A stretch of DNA of 63,896 bases, counting the filler, from Streblomastix strix (Eukaryota), in NCBI GenBank assembly GCA_008636045.1. It is 3 parts of 3 records of this genome, joined end to end, with 100 filler letters (N's around TTAATTAATTAA, not from the genome) between each part and the next. Parts side by side here need not be neighbours in the genome. Positions count along the whole stretch, not along the records: positions 21,737 to 43,360 come from SNRW01000362.1; positions 43,461 to 63,896 come from SNRW01000432.1; 1 more part is not named here. One strand, given 5' to 3'. The first letter of the stretch is position 1, and the number at the start of each line of letters is the position of its first letter. Positions 38,600 through 50,941 of this stretch are shown here, piece after piece. The position numbers were made by a program, and so were the translations under genes. The notes beneath the pieces were generated by a model. That model was not told where the DNA came from, did no database searches, and saw nothing but the letters and a program-made list of their open reading frames with translations.

Positions 38600-41500
38600 A
38601 TGACTGAATAATCAGGAGTACAAAGGTAAGAACATGTTGATCAACAAAATCAGCAAAACACTCAAGGTTCAAGTACAGGAGCTCAGCAGAGTGCTTTAAC
38701 AGAGTAGTCTGACTTAACTGGATAAAATATAGCTCATTAGTAAGATCCTATTGATCATCAAATTCAACAAAACACACCTGATGCAAATACTGAAACACAA
38801 CCAAATGTTTAATTACAGCCATCTGATTTACATTTATAGTCTCAGTCTCCTCATTAATTATCTTCAAATATTTAACCTTATATGATTGATTCACTTGAAT
38901 TATACGAGCATAATTAAGTTTATAGATCCAACCTTAGATAATCTCCTTCTTCAAATAATGGCGAATAAAGAAGTCAAGTATCAAATCTCCTTCATCCTCC
39001 AATTTCAAATGAATAAAGGAATCAAATATAATAGAACAACATTTAACAAATTCCTTTTTCTATTCTTAATTCACCACCAAGAACAAACTTTCCAGTAGAT
39101 TCAGATGAAATACGACGTTAATAACGTTAAAATGGTCTTCTTCTTCCACCTAACTCAAATAATTTCAATTAAAATAATTAGCATTAATCACCTATCGCTT
39201 CAAACAATCCCTAATTTCCTTTTATATTTCATCCATCTCCGTATGTTAGTAATATGTAAAATTTTCACTTAACACATTTTCCCCCAGATTCCTTTGAATT
39301 TTAATCCTCTTCACCTAGATAATCACCATACATAAGTAATGATGATGAATCCTAATCTTAATTTTAATTATAAAGTCCATTACATTCATCTGAAAGTTTA
39401 AATTCAAGTATTTCCTTTTAATTAACGCGAACATAAAGCCAAAATAGTTTCTCATTTAATCCATCTTCAATTTCACCTTCATTTTCATCTTCTCAATCTC
39501 CTCCTATAATTCATTCATGAATACTTCAATTTGAAGGATTTAATAGAATGAGACGTTTTCATATCACTCCATCATTTGAAGATGATATTGATCGTGATGT
39601 TTCACCATCTTATTACTCAAATTCATAATAAGGATCATCAGGTAATGAGTATGGAATTAATCTCAATTCTGAGGAAAAAATAAGTAGATAATGCGAATTC
39701 TGCAATAAATAAATTGCTAACTAGGTCTTTAGTTTGCATGAATATTTCTGCAGAATAAAATTTAAACAAGGGCTTGATGAAAAATCCAAAGAATAATAAT
39801 CTTCTTCTTCTTCATCAGAACCATAATCATCTTCAGAAATCAAATCCAATATATTTTCATCAGAATTAAAGCTGAAACTTAATGCATATAATCCACTTCA
39901 TCATAATAAGCAACTTTTCTTCTAAAGATCAGATGAAATGCTTATATAAATAACCATCAATGATTTAATTAGAGATTTATCGAAGTGCGATCAGTATGAT
40001 ATTCCAGCATAAGAGAGATAAGAATAACTTGAATGGAGAATAAAAGAATATAATAATCATATTAAGAATTTAAGTCTCTCTTCATTATATTATACAAATG
40101 GACTTGTAATGCAGATCAGAATAGCATGAAGGGAAATTGAGAAATCAATTAAGAGGTTGAATGAATTAAAAAAAATTCGATAATCAAAATAAAATAACTC
40201 AAAATAAGATCCATTATAACAAGAAGAGAAGATTGCATTCCGTGAAGCAAACTATGCGAGTAAGTAATACATCAGAACATATGAACTCATTCTATCAACA
40301 GAACAATATAACAAATCATAAATAACACCTCGACCTCATCTGTCAGAAGTTACATTAATAAGGAATGATGTTCGTGGTGAACAAAGAGTAAGAATTGATC
40401 GATAGAAAATATTAGAAACAACTGAAATTCAATTATGGAATTTGCGTAAAGAGAAGAAATTAAAGAAGAAATCGTATGTTATATTTGAGAATGAATTTGG
40501 ATCCGATGCTGGAGGTCTATTAGCTGAATGGTGCACTGAGTATTTCAAAGAAGCAACTAATCCTTTGAATGGAATATTCAGACATCATGGGAAAGAAATG
40601 AGATTAACTGTTTTTGGAGATGATCATGGATAAGATAAATGCAGGAAGAGTCCAATATAATCATAATAGAAACAATCTTTACCATTAATAAAGAACCAAG
40701 ATGAATTATCAGATGAAGAACTAAAAGATTATCTTCCATGGTGGACAGCTGGAGTAATGATTGGTAAAGTATTACTTCTATAGAAAGTATCAACATCCTG
40801 TCGTCTTGATTATTCAATATGGAGACAGTTACTTGGATAATCTCCTTGTATTGAAGATTTGGGAGAAGAAGAATAAGAAGTTGCACAAAGAATGAGGAAT
40901 ATGTTGGATGATCCTGAATATTGTAAATAGATTGATTTATCATTTGAGATATCTATTGAAGAAGAAGGTTAAGATAATTATATATTAAATTAAAATAATA
41001 ATAATATTTCTTCTTCTTCATCATTTAATCAAACAAATAATTAAATTAAAATAATAAATATTCCTCTTAAACCAGATGGACAGAATATATAAGTTAACAG
41101 CATGAATTAATCTGAATATATTAATCTATATGCAAAAAGAAAGATATTTGGATCTGATAAATCAATAAAATAAAGATCTGCTCTATTTCAAGGTTTCAGA
41201 GAATCACTTCCATATGAATATCTATTCTCAGATCATATATTGATATTATAAGATGATGCACGTGAGAATGATATTAATGATCAATAATAATCTAATTCCA
41301 AATATAAAGAGATTATTACACCAACATAACTAACTCCAAAAGAATTGGATGATATCATTTGTGGATCTTAGGAAATTGATGTATCTGAATGGGAAAGATT
41401 CTGCCATTATGATGGAATAAAAGGATAATAATCTGAATAATAAAGTTAATGGATATGGAATATAATAAGAAGAATGAATGATAAATAAAGGAGGGATTTA

Positions 41501-42496
41501 TTATAGTTTAGTACAGGTGTGAGAAATCTGCCCATTGGTGGATTTGCAAGATTGCCTTTAAATAGCGATGGATATGTATTTGAAATTAAATGGGTTTCAT
41601 GTAATGTGAAGATTAATGATGAAATAATATAATTGTTTTCAGTTAAATAGAATAGAGAATCGATATCTGAATATAAGAAAAGAATTGATGAATATATTAA
41701 TGCACTTAAGGCTGAAGCTAATATTCATGAATGTGCAATCCGAGCACTTAATGAAAATAAAATCAAAAATGCTGAATAAATGTTAATGTTTAATATATAC
41801 AAAAGAAATATTGAACTTATTAAGAAAGATATTGAAGAATGTGAAATAGAGAATAATTAATATGAAATAAATATGAATTCAAACTTAATTGTAGATTTTG
41901 ACAGTCTCATTTAACAGAGAACTCATCTTAATCGAGGTTTGACTAAGTTTTCTTCTTAAAATGCGAATGAAATATAGAAATTAGCTAATGAAGCAGAATT
42001 GAAAGCATTTGCAAATGAAAAGATTGCTTATATTGCAGATATTAAAACAACTACAATTCAAAACAGATCTAACCAACCATTAATAGAATTAAACATTCAA
42101 CGTATAAATTCACGTAAATCAAGATAAAGATTGTAATAGACACTTCAAATAACAAAACTTATTCATTCAGTTACTTGTGAGATAGAGAAGAAATCTAACT
42201 AAGCACTTATTAATGTTGAATAATATGATGATGATCTTGAATAAGCACATTTAATGGAATTGAATGAATTGGAAGAGAAATTATTAATTGAAATTAGATT
42301 GAATGATTAACTTAAATCTGAAATAAATAAATAATAAATTGAATAATTGGAAGAAGAATCTTTAAGGTTTCCTCTTCCAAAAGGACATACTTGCTTTAAT
42401 TCAATTGATATTCCACTGTATTAATTAGAAGAAATCATGGAAATGCGTATTCTTTACGCATTGAATAACACTGATAATGGATTTGGGTTTAATTGA
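38600..42496 (+). CDS. HECT-domain E3 ubiquitin ligase, apparently intronless, ~1298 aa
   Basis: VIFENEFGSDAGGLLAEW; AGVMIGKVLL; DIPLKPDGQNIQVNSMNQSEYINLY; TPKELDDIICGSQEIDVSEW; LLQFSTGVRNLPIGGFARL; catalytic LPKGHTCFNSIDIPLY ... GFGFN-TGA. Confidence 0.92.
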
Positions 42497-43192
42497 TTTA
42501 TTATATTATATTCATTATAGCTATTTGTTATTCTATATAAATGATATTCAGAAATATATCCCTTCAATTCTTATCATATATTTAAACTATTTTCTCAAAA
42601 CATATTCAATTAACGTTATTTAATAATTGGTTGAAAGTCTTTTTTTGTGTATGTGATTAGTTTTTATTTTTGTATTTATACTTAATAAAAATTCCATATA
42701 TAAAAACAATTGAATTTATCCTTGTATATAGTAGACTTATTAATTAGTAACATTTTCAAAATGGAAAATAAATATATTCTTAGTAAGCCTGTTAGGTACA
42801 GCCAGGCAAGCCAAATTTAATAGAGCCAAAATCGAGCTTTTGAGCCAAAGGCTTGTTAGTATTAATAATTATACTTTTAAAATAAAATTAATTTTATATT
42901 AAAAAATTAATGAATTATTATGTAAATAAATTGCCAACAAATTAGTATAAATTAATCAGAAATTAAAAGCAAAGATAAAAAAAAAATAATATGCTTATTT
43001 TAATCACTGATCTATCTTAAATTTTGTACAAAATTTAAGACATTTTTTTATACCAATGAATATTACTTCACTATTATCAAATTTATTTAATTATTTATTG
43101 TACATTCCTTTATTTTTGAGAAAAATATTTTTTTTTTATATTTTAATTATATTTTTTCTCGTTATTTTTACTCATATAGACTATATATAAAT

Positions 43193-43325
43193 ATGTAAGA
43201 GCTCCAAAATGATCTATCAAATGAGTCTGATCTTACCTGTGTTAGTTAAGCCTTTGAAAGAAGATTTTAACATATACATCCACTTATTGACATTGAACAG
43301 CTGGAAGGGTCATAATACGCAGATT
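43193..43325 (+). CDS. Exon of an unknown gene truncated at the contig end
   Basis: MQELQNDLSNESDLTCVSQAFERRFQHIHPLIDIEQLEGSQYAD then a gtattt donor. Confidence 0.45.
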
Positions 43326-43360
43326 GTATTTATTAATTATAATAAATTTTTTATTTGAAT

Positions 43361-43460
43361 NNNNNNNNNNNNNNNNNNNNNNNNNNNNNNNNNNNNNNNN
43401 NNNNTTAATTAATTAANNNNNNNNNNNNNNNNNNNNNNNNNNNNNNNNNNNNNNNNNNNN
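43361..43460. other. Artificial contig-joining spacer
   Basis: 100 nt of N with a central TTAATTAATTAA. Confidence 0.97.
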
Positions 43461-44989
43461 ATTAATATCTTAATTATGTAATATAATATTAAGATATATA
43501 TTCAAATCATCAAGTTCGCCAAAAGCCACTTTTAGGAAAATTTTCATTTTCTGCCATCATATGATGATGACTAGGAGACGAAGATGAAGTATCTATGTAG
43601 ACGAATATTGGACAATGATTTGAAGGCGGCGCGAAGAGAGAACTTGGAAGATTTATTTATAAAAAAAAGGAGAAAAAGAGCCGCGATACGAAAGATATAA
43701 AGCCGGTTCAATCATAAAAAAGAGCGCGTGGCGAAGATGGGGAACATATATAGAAGATGATGATTGATTTGGAACAGGGAGACTGGGACGAAGGCTGTGA
43801 TGAGCCCATCTAAGGATTTCCGGAAAAACCGAACGAACGACATAGACAATAAGATGCAAGGTAGGGAAGGATGAATAATAGTTAATAAGAGTAGAGAACA
43901 CATGATAGAACGCATTAGAGCCAGGCAAAGTAGATGGCTGAAATTTTAAACAAGAAAATGGCAGTGCAAGCATCAGCATTTAAGCCGCTGGGCTATTCAG
44001 ATAGATCATTCGTATTTTGCGACCTTGGCAAATTCAGATATATGCGATCGGACTGGAAAGTAGTAGCGCCAAAAGGCAGGACAAAGCTGAAATAGGGCGA
44101 TTAATACGCAGAAGCGATGACCGGGCTTATTGATGCATAATAGGCTTTGCTGGTTGCAACTGAGAATGGATTAGGTGGTAATAATAACATTGAGTAGATA
44201 GCACATGCCTATGCAATGCTGTGCGTGGGCGCAAATGCGGTAGCGCAGCTGAGAGAATTTGCAAATGCACCAAGCGAACTAAGAGGAATAGAGGGAGGTA
44301 GCATTTTACCTGCAAATATATTCTTTGATGATAATACTGAAAGTATTAAAAGGTTTCTGAACCTTAAAATGATGGAATTGTTGCATTATCCATATCAACA
44401 AGAGCTGTCCGCATACCCACAGCCTTAAATCCAGAAACCATAGTTGCAGCAGCATTTGTTCCAACCGTTTTAAACACTCGAATCTTTCCAGCCATTATAG
44501 ATAAAGCAAGCACTGTATGCTGCAAGCTAGTTCAATTATGGACGACGAACAGCAGCAGGAAAAGGATTTCAATCAAGAGGACGCGGAGGAAGAGACAGGG
44601 GAGCCTTTGGCTACAATTTTATACCATTAGGAGGGTAGTGAGTCAGTGTGGAATTGAGTAATTAGAGTGGATGTAATGAAGTGGTGAATGATAGTGGGGA
44701 ATAAGGAGTGTAAATTAGTGAGAGAAAGAGTGTTTAGGATGAGGAATCGTTGGGTGAGGGTTTTTACAGTACAATAAACCGTATCCCAACACAAATATGA
44801 TTGGAGCCCGTTTATAACTTTATATTAGAGCTTATCAAAAAATAAATATGGACAAAACAATTAAGGTAGGATGCTACGCAAAATGGAAGAATCAGGAGAA
44901 CAAGACAATATTGGCGCGGAAGCGAAGAGTAATTTATTTTAACGGGAACGAGGAATAGGTGGAGTAACTGGATCAATTGATAAGGGAAG

Positions 44990-46700
44990 AATTGGATCAA
45001 AGAAAAATTAAAGTGATTAACTAATAGGAAGTCTTATTGTGGAACAGAACGTTTGAAATAAAGAAGTCGGGGGGAGGATTGAAGAGAATGATATAATGCC
45101 GACCACTGAACACACAACTGAAATTCCAAAAATTTTACAATGAACGATCTGAATAAGGCACTTGAAATATAGAATAAAGACGGTTGGGCATGCCTAATGG
45201 ACATTAAATCAGCATTTAGCCATGTTGCAATAACTGGGGAGTTAGAGAAATACCTGGCCTTTACGCATATGGAGAAACATTATATGCAAGTGGGAATGCC
45301 ATTCGGAATCTCGATAGCACCGAGAACCTTTGCAAAGACAATTTAAATAACAATAGATAGAGTGAGAAGTAAGAGTCTAGTATGAAAAATTAATTGTGCA
45401 GACGATATTTTGTTCCTGATGCAGGATTAGTAGTAATTGGAGAAAGAAATAGGGTGGATTGTATAGGAGTTTAGGAAATATGGATGGGTGATTAACGAGA
45501 GTAAGAGTAGCTTGAAGCCAGAATAGCAATTTGTGTTCCTGGGATAGATGTATAAATAAGCAACAATGAAAATTTAATTGACTAACGATAAGAGGAAGGA
45601 GTTGAGAGCACTAGTTCAAAGATTGATGAATCTAATAATGCAATAAAGATCGCAAAGGATTAGAAGCATGACAATTTTGGTTGGTAAACTTAGGTTTTCC
45701 ACTCCATAATTCAAACGAGGAGGACTGCATCTATAGCAAATAAATAAATAAATGAGCAAAGCGGCGAGAGTAACGGGCTGGACAAGCGAAATGATAGTAA
45801 CGAAGAAGATTCTGACAGAGCTGTATTGTTGGATGAATCAGCTGGAGAGTAACAAATCAAAGATGATAGATAAGAGAAAAAACCAGATAATAATTCAGAC
45901 ATACGCATCAATTTCGGGATCGGTTGCGAGTGTGATAAGAATAATGTGCGAATTAGAAGATTATACAAGCAATAGAAAGCGGATATGGAGAATTCGAACA
46001 TGCGAGAGATATTAACGATATACAGAGCTGTACAGTTGCCGAAAGAATATAATAACCTATAGGAATATGGTTGAATAATGATAGAAACAGGTAATACAAC
46101 AGCTTGTTTCTCAATAGCAAAAGCAAAGGCAAAATATCATTTGAGGAAAGCGGTAGATTCGATCTTATAAATAGAAGTGGAAAATGGATGGACATCAATA
46201 ATAAGACATATCGCTGGGAAATCGAATAAAGAAGCGGACGCGTTTTCAAGGTTATCGATGGCAGGGGAAAACTCAATAAGGAAGGATGTTTTAGCGGATG
46301 TTTTGAAGGACTGGCAAGTAGAGATAACAGTGGATTTATTTCCAGCAAGAAATAATGCTAAACATAAGAGATATTACACATTGGGGAAGGACTGGAAAGC
46401 CGAAGGACGAGATTCGATGAGAATCTCCTGGGAAGAAGAGTTTGCACTAATACACCCACCGATACCAATAATATATAGGATAATAAGGAAAATATTAGAG
46501 GAGAGAGCTTAAGGAATAATGATAGTACTATGTTGGCCTGGGTAGGTTTGGTGGACATAGTTATAGGAAATAACAGTGAGAGAGACGGAATTGGGAGAAA
46601 ACGAGAAGGTATTGGAGATGGGATCGAAGATTAGGAAGAAGAATCTGAAAGTCTCTCCGGGGAAGATATTAGCTTTAGAGGTAAACAGGGATAAGATGGA
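44990..46700 (+). pseudogene. DIRS pol (RT-RNase H-methyltransferase-like), disrupted
   Basis: Frameshift near 45130, in-frame TGA near 45381, YxDD changed to CADD. Confidence 0.85.
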
Positions 46701-47245
46701 GCAAGATTATTCCGAAATGCTTTGGAAGCTTCCGGATTTTCAAGAAATGCAATTAGATCGATAATAGGTGACTGGCATGGAAGTTGGAGAAAGCACGTCT
46801 GCGTGTTATCAGCCATTTGGAAGTATTTGAGAAGGAGAGGAATAAGTGAGGGGCAGTTAACAAGGATAGATAAACCATATATAATAATAGCAGAATATAT
46901 AACAAACATATTAAAGGATTTGTCGGAAGCATTCGTAATGCAAGCAAGAACTTCAGTATCAACAATGTTTGATTTAGTGAGAAGAGAAGAAATGGATATA
47001 AAAAATAAAGTTATAGAATAGCTAATGTTAAAACCAGTTTCAAATATGAGGAAAGTTATCAGAGAAGTGACAACCTGGAAAATGGAGTAGCTACTCGACT
47101 ACATTGCGAAGCTGAGGGTATAAAGAGATGAAGAAAAACTAACAGTTACTGAGTTAAGGAGAGTAGTCATAACTATATTTATGGTAAATTCAGTCTTAAG
47201 ATTATCAGAAATTCAAAGAGTTATGCTAAATATAACGTAAATAGA
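46690..47245 (+). pseudogene. DIRS tyrosine recombinase, 3'-truncated
   Basis: ASGFSRNAIRSIIGDWHGSWRKH...WKMEQLLDYI...LRLSE (first catalytic Arg box); no HxxR or Tyr region follows. Confidence 0.75.
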
Positions 47246-47247
47246 AT

Positions 47248-47718
47248 AATATATAAATGAACAGCAATAAATTATAACTTAAACAAAAGTTTTTCTTTAA
47301 AATGAAAAAAGAATTAATTTAAATTATTTAAAAATTTCAATATTTTAAATAATTATAAAAGATAAAAAATAAATTATATTAATAAATTTGTTAAAAAAAT
47401 TTTAAAAGAATATGTATTTTAAATAATTTCAATAATTATCAACTAATATAAATGATTTAATAAATCACTTTTTAAATGGGCTGTTAGAGAAATTTAAAAA
47501 AAATTTATTAAACAAAATTTTTAAATGAAATATTAAAAATATTTTAATTAAAATTTCTACGTCCTCATTACTGGAACTATATATATCATAAGTTCGATAC
47601 CCAGCCATCTGGACATTCTCATAAAATGTATGATGATTCATCCTTCCGTGTTGTTAATTAATTTCCTATTCTTCCAATTGTTAAATTCTTCATTCAGTTA
47701 TTTTTTATTCATCTTTAA
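47248..47718. repeat. Direct repeat block A (copy at ~49561-50055)
   Basis: Shared atataaatgaacagcaataaatt ... tgatgattcatc ... ttcattcagttattttttattcatcttt, with scattered differences. Confidence 0.88.
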
Positions 47719-48151
47719 TAATTTTAAATGATTATACATTTTAACGTGGAGTTTGAATCAAAATGTTTTGAAATGCCTTTAGTTATTTTAAAAACTATTT
47801 AGATCAATTTTTTTGCCAACACTTTCATTTTCAAGTCTTCACTTTGTTGTTTATTCCTTTTCTATTTGATTTCTTTTTTAATTTTTTTTCTTTTTCAAAT
47901 TCTTTTCTTAATTATTTTTTGTTTGCTTGACTTTCTTTCTAAATTATTCCTTTTTTTAATCGATTTCTTCTCTAAATTATTCTCTTGTTTGTTCAATTTC
48001 TTCACTAAATTATTCAATTCTTCTATTTAAATATATTCATGATTATTCAATTTTTCTTCGTATTACTTTTCTGTTTATTCAATTTTTTTTCTAAATTATA
48101 TTTTTGATTCTTCAATTGATACATTTTTTTATTCTAAATCAAAAGAATCAT

Positions 48152-48310
48152 TAAATAAATTCAATTTTAAATAATTTTATTTTTTTTATGAAATTATTGT
48201 TTTGTACAAAGAAAGAAATATTTATTAAACTAGTTTTAAATAATTTCAGCAATTTACAATTAATGAAGATAAATTAATAAATTGCATTATAAATTGATCG
48301 TTTGAAAGAA
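48152..48310. repeat. Direct repeat block C (copy at ~50637-50790)
   Basis: aaataaattcaattttaaataattt...tttgtacaaagaaagaaatatttattaaa...ttgcattataaattgatcgtttga at both sites. Confidence 0.88.
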
Positions 48311-48409
48311 TTTGTTATACAGCAGTTTATTGAAAATTTTTCATAACTAAAAGTTGATATATTTTTATTTTGAAAAAATTTGCATTTGAAGTGTTATAAA
48401 TTTATATAG

Positions 48410-49490
48410 TCAGTATTCATAATCATCGTTACTTGAACTATCAGAACTATCGGTAGGATAACCTGCCATAGGGACATTTCCATCTATGCTGTGACGATTC
48501 ATCATTCCAGGTTGAATCTTTATTTCGCTATCATCTTATTAGTTTTATTTCTATAATTCTCAACTACATACGTCTTAATCATCCATTATTGATTTTAAAC
48601 TATTTCTATTTTTTTCATGATTACTATTTAAAATTTAAAAAAATTTCTAAATCATTACTTATTTATCATCATTTTACGAATCTAGTAATTTCTTTAATTA
48701 ATTTCTCATTTTCATGTTTTCATTAATGAAATTGTCCCTTTTTTATTTAATTTCTTTATCAATTTTCTATCTTTTCTTCCAAATTTCTGTTTAAAAATCA
48801 TATTTTTTCTGTTTTAATTCAGTTTTTATTTAATTAATTCCAATTGGAGTACTTGATTAATATGGAGTTTTACCAGATTAAACTAATGGACTTTATTCTG
48901 GAATATTTAGAGCTGATAATTAATACAGTTATTGCATTCAAGATAGAAGAGTTTATTCATCATTTATCCTTTTTCCATCTTATTCCATTCATCTTCATAA
49001 TTTCCATTCTGTTCGTTATCGTAATATTACTCTTTTTGTTTTCATTATTCTTAATCCTATTCATTTTCATTTTCTATTTTTTTCTCGTATTTTTATTCTT
49101 TCTCTTATTACTATCTTATATTCTTATTCTTTTTCATCATTTATTTATTAATTTTATTCGCAGCTTTAGCTGCTGCTCTCATTTTCTTATTTTATCTTTT
49201 TTTCTCATTTTAGTCTTAATATTTATTCTCTTCTTCCTGAGTATTTACAACATTTTCATAATTTTATATTTGGGACTGAAAATATGGCTATGAAAATGTA
49301 ATAATTCAATTACTCTTAATATCATCAATTATTGAGGAAGCGCAGCACCCGCCCAATGTTTGAATCATCATTTTATTAAATTATTAATTATATAATAATT
49401 ATGAAATCCATGATACTTATTACCCATCGTTACCAAAGAATCCATAGCTTAAGCGGATCACATTTCTACCAATATAGATCATGTTTCTTA
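48410..49490 (-). pseudogene. E/K/Q-rich coiled-coil gene or remnant; paralogous C-terminal segments at ~47560-47700 and ~49897-50040
   Basis: Minus-strand QPGMMNRHSIDGNVPMAGYPTDSSDSSSNDDYEY-TGA resembles QHGRMNHHTFYENVQMAGYRTYDIYSSSNED in block A. Confidence 0.45.
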
Positions 49491-49560
49491 CTAAATAAAT
49501 GAATATAGAATTATTAAAAAAATTAATTACTGAATTAAAATTACCAAATTACAGAATATG

Positions 49561-50055
49561 ATATAAATGAACAGCAATAAATTATTACTTAAATAAAAGT
49601 ATTTTTTTAAAATGAAAAAAGAAATTATTTAAATTATTTAAGAATTTTAATATTTTAAATAATAAAAAAAAATAAAAAAAAATAATTTAATAAACTAATT
49701 ATAAAAAATTATATAGATATATTTTAAATAATTTCAATAATCATCAACTAATATAAATGATTTAATAAAACACTTCTTAAATGGGTTGTTAAAGAAATTT
49801 TTAAAAAAAAATTTTTACTAAAAAAAATTTTTAAAAAAAAATTTGTGAAACAAAATTTTTAAATGAAATATTATAAATATTATAATTAAAATTTCTACGC
49901 TCTCATTACTGGAGCTATAAATATCATCAATTCGATACCTAACAATCTGGATATTCTCGTCAAATCTATGATGATTCATCATTCCATGTTGTTAATTAAT
50001 TTCCTATTCTTCTAATTGTTAAATTGTTCATTCAGTTATTTTTTATTCATCTTTC
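49561..50055. repeat. Direct repeat block A'
   Basis: Diverged copy of 47248-47718. Confidence 0.88.
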
Positions 50056-50636
50056 GTAATTTAAACAATTAATTTTAAAAATAAGTTTTACAAAATAAGG
50101 AATACTCAATAATTAACAGTTTGTATAAAAAAAATAATTAGTCATTTTATCAATAATCCGTTAAAGAGAATTTAAAGTAATGGTTTTTTGGAAAAATTTT
50201 CATTAAGAAAGTAGTTTACAATGGTTTATATGTTTAATTCATTATCTTTTGTATCGGTGAGTCTCATCACAACAAACCACGGTATTTTTATTATGTAAAT
50301 ATTATTTAAAATAATATTATTAAAATTGGAATTTATGATAAGTCCCTTTTGTATCATTGATAAAAAGTGCTCAAAAAATTTTTTGGTTTTAACGCACCGC
50401 GCTGGCAATTCAACTTTTCATATTTATTTTTTATCTTTTAGACTAAATTTTACTTTCTAAGTTTCATTAATGCCTTAATCTCACTTAATTTTTAGTCATT
50501 CTGCATATTTAATTATAGAATCAAGTATAGAGAGAGAACCATCAATAGAAGCTAAATTGATGCTACAATCACAACAAGATTATTAATTATTATAAAAATT
50601 TAAACAATTTTATTGTCAAAAATTAAAGTATTCATG

Positions 50637-50790
50637 AAATAAATTCAATTTTAAATAATTTTTTTTATGAAATTATTGTTTTGTACAAAGAAAGAAATAT
50701 TTATTAAATTAGTTTTAAATAATTTCAGTAATTAACAATTAATGAAAATAAATTAATAAATTGCATTATAAATTGATCGTTTGAGAGAAT
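50637..50790. repeat. Direct repeat block C'
   Basis: Diverged copy of 48152-48310. Confidence 0.88.
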
Positions 50791-50941
50791 TTTAAGAAAC
50801 GGTTCATGGAAAAAAAATTCTTTTTATCTAGAAAGCAGTTAATAATGGATTGTATGTTTACTACATTATCTATTATATAAAATCTTAATTTTATTTTCAA
50901 TTTCAAATCTTGTAGTGTTCAACTCGGAGAAAGTCTCGTTC

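Larger units (their letters stand above)
32695..43360. repeat. Right arm of the contig-spanning inverted repeat
   Basis: Reverse complement of 21737-32402, ending exactly at the contig terminus. Confidence 0.97.
43540..47245 (+). mobile_element. Degenerate DIRS-type (tyrosine-recombinase) retrotransposon: gag-like, RT, RNase H, MT-like, truncated YR
   Basis: Purine-rich, higher GC, intronless; RT LMDIKSAFSHV, GMPFGISIAPRTF, NCADDILF, GWVINESKS..PEQQFVFLG; RNase H RHIAGKSNKEADAFSRL; MT-like VDLFPARNN...IHPPIPII...WPGQVWW; YR N-terminal part ending FMVNSVLRLSEIQR. Confidence 0.9.

Noticed and set aside
3028..42496. Apparent ubiquitin-system cluster (USP7, HECT, RING)
   Set aside because: USP7 is on a different contig, and the doubled HECT and RING genes come from the palindrome; only one HECT-RING adjacency is real.
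48844..49293. Hydrophobic F/L/I-rich ORFs in the supplied track (also 21182, 24154, 52709, 54456, 56969)
   Set aside because: These are antisense shadows of E/K-rich coding sequence on the other strand, produced by using the standard code.
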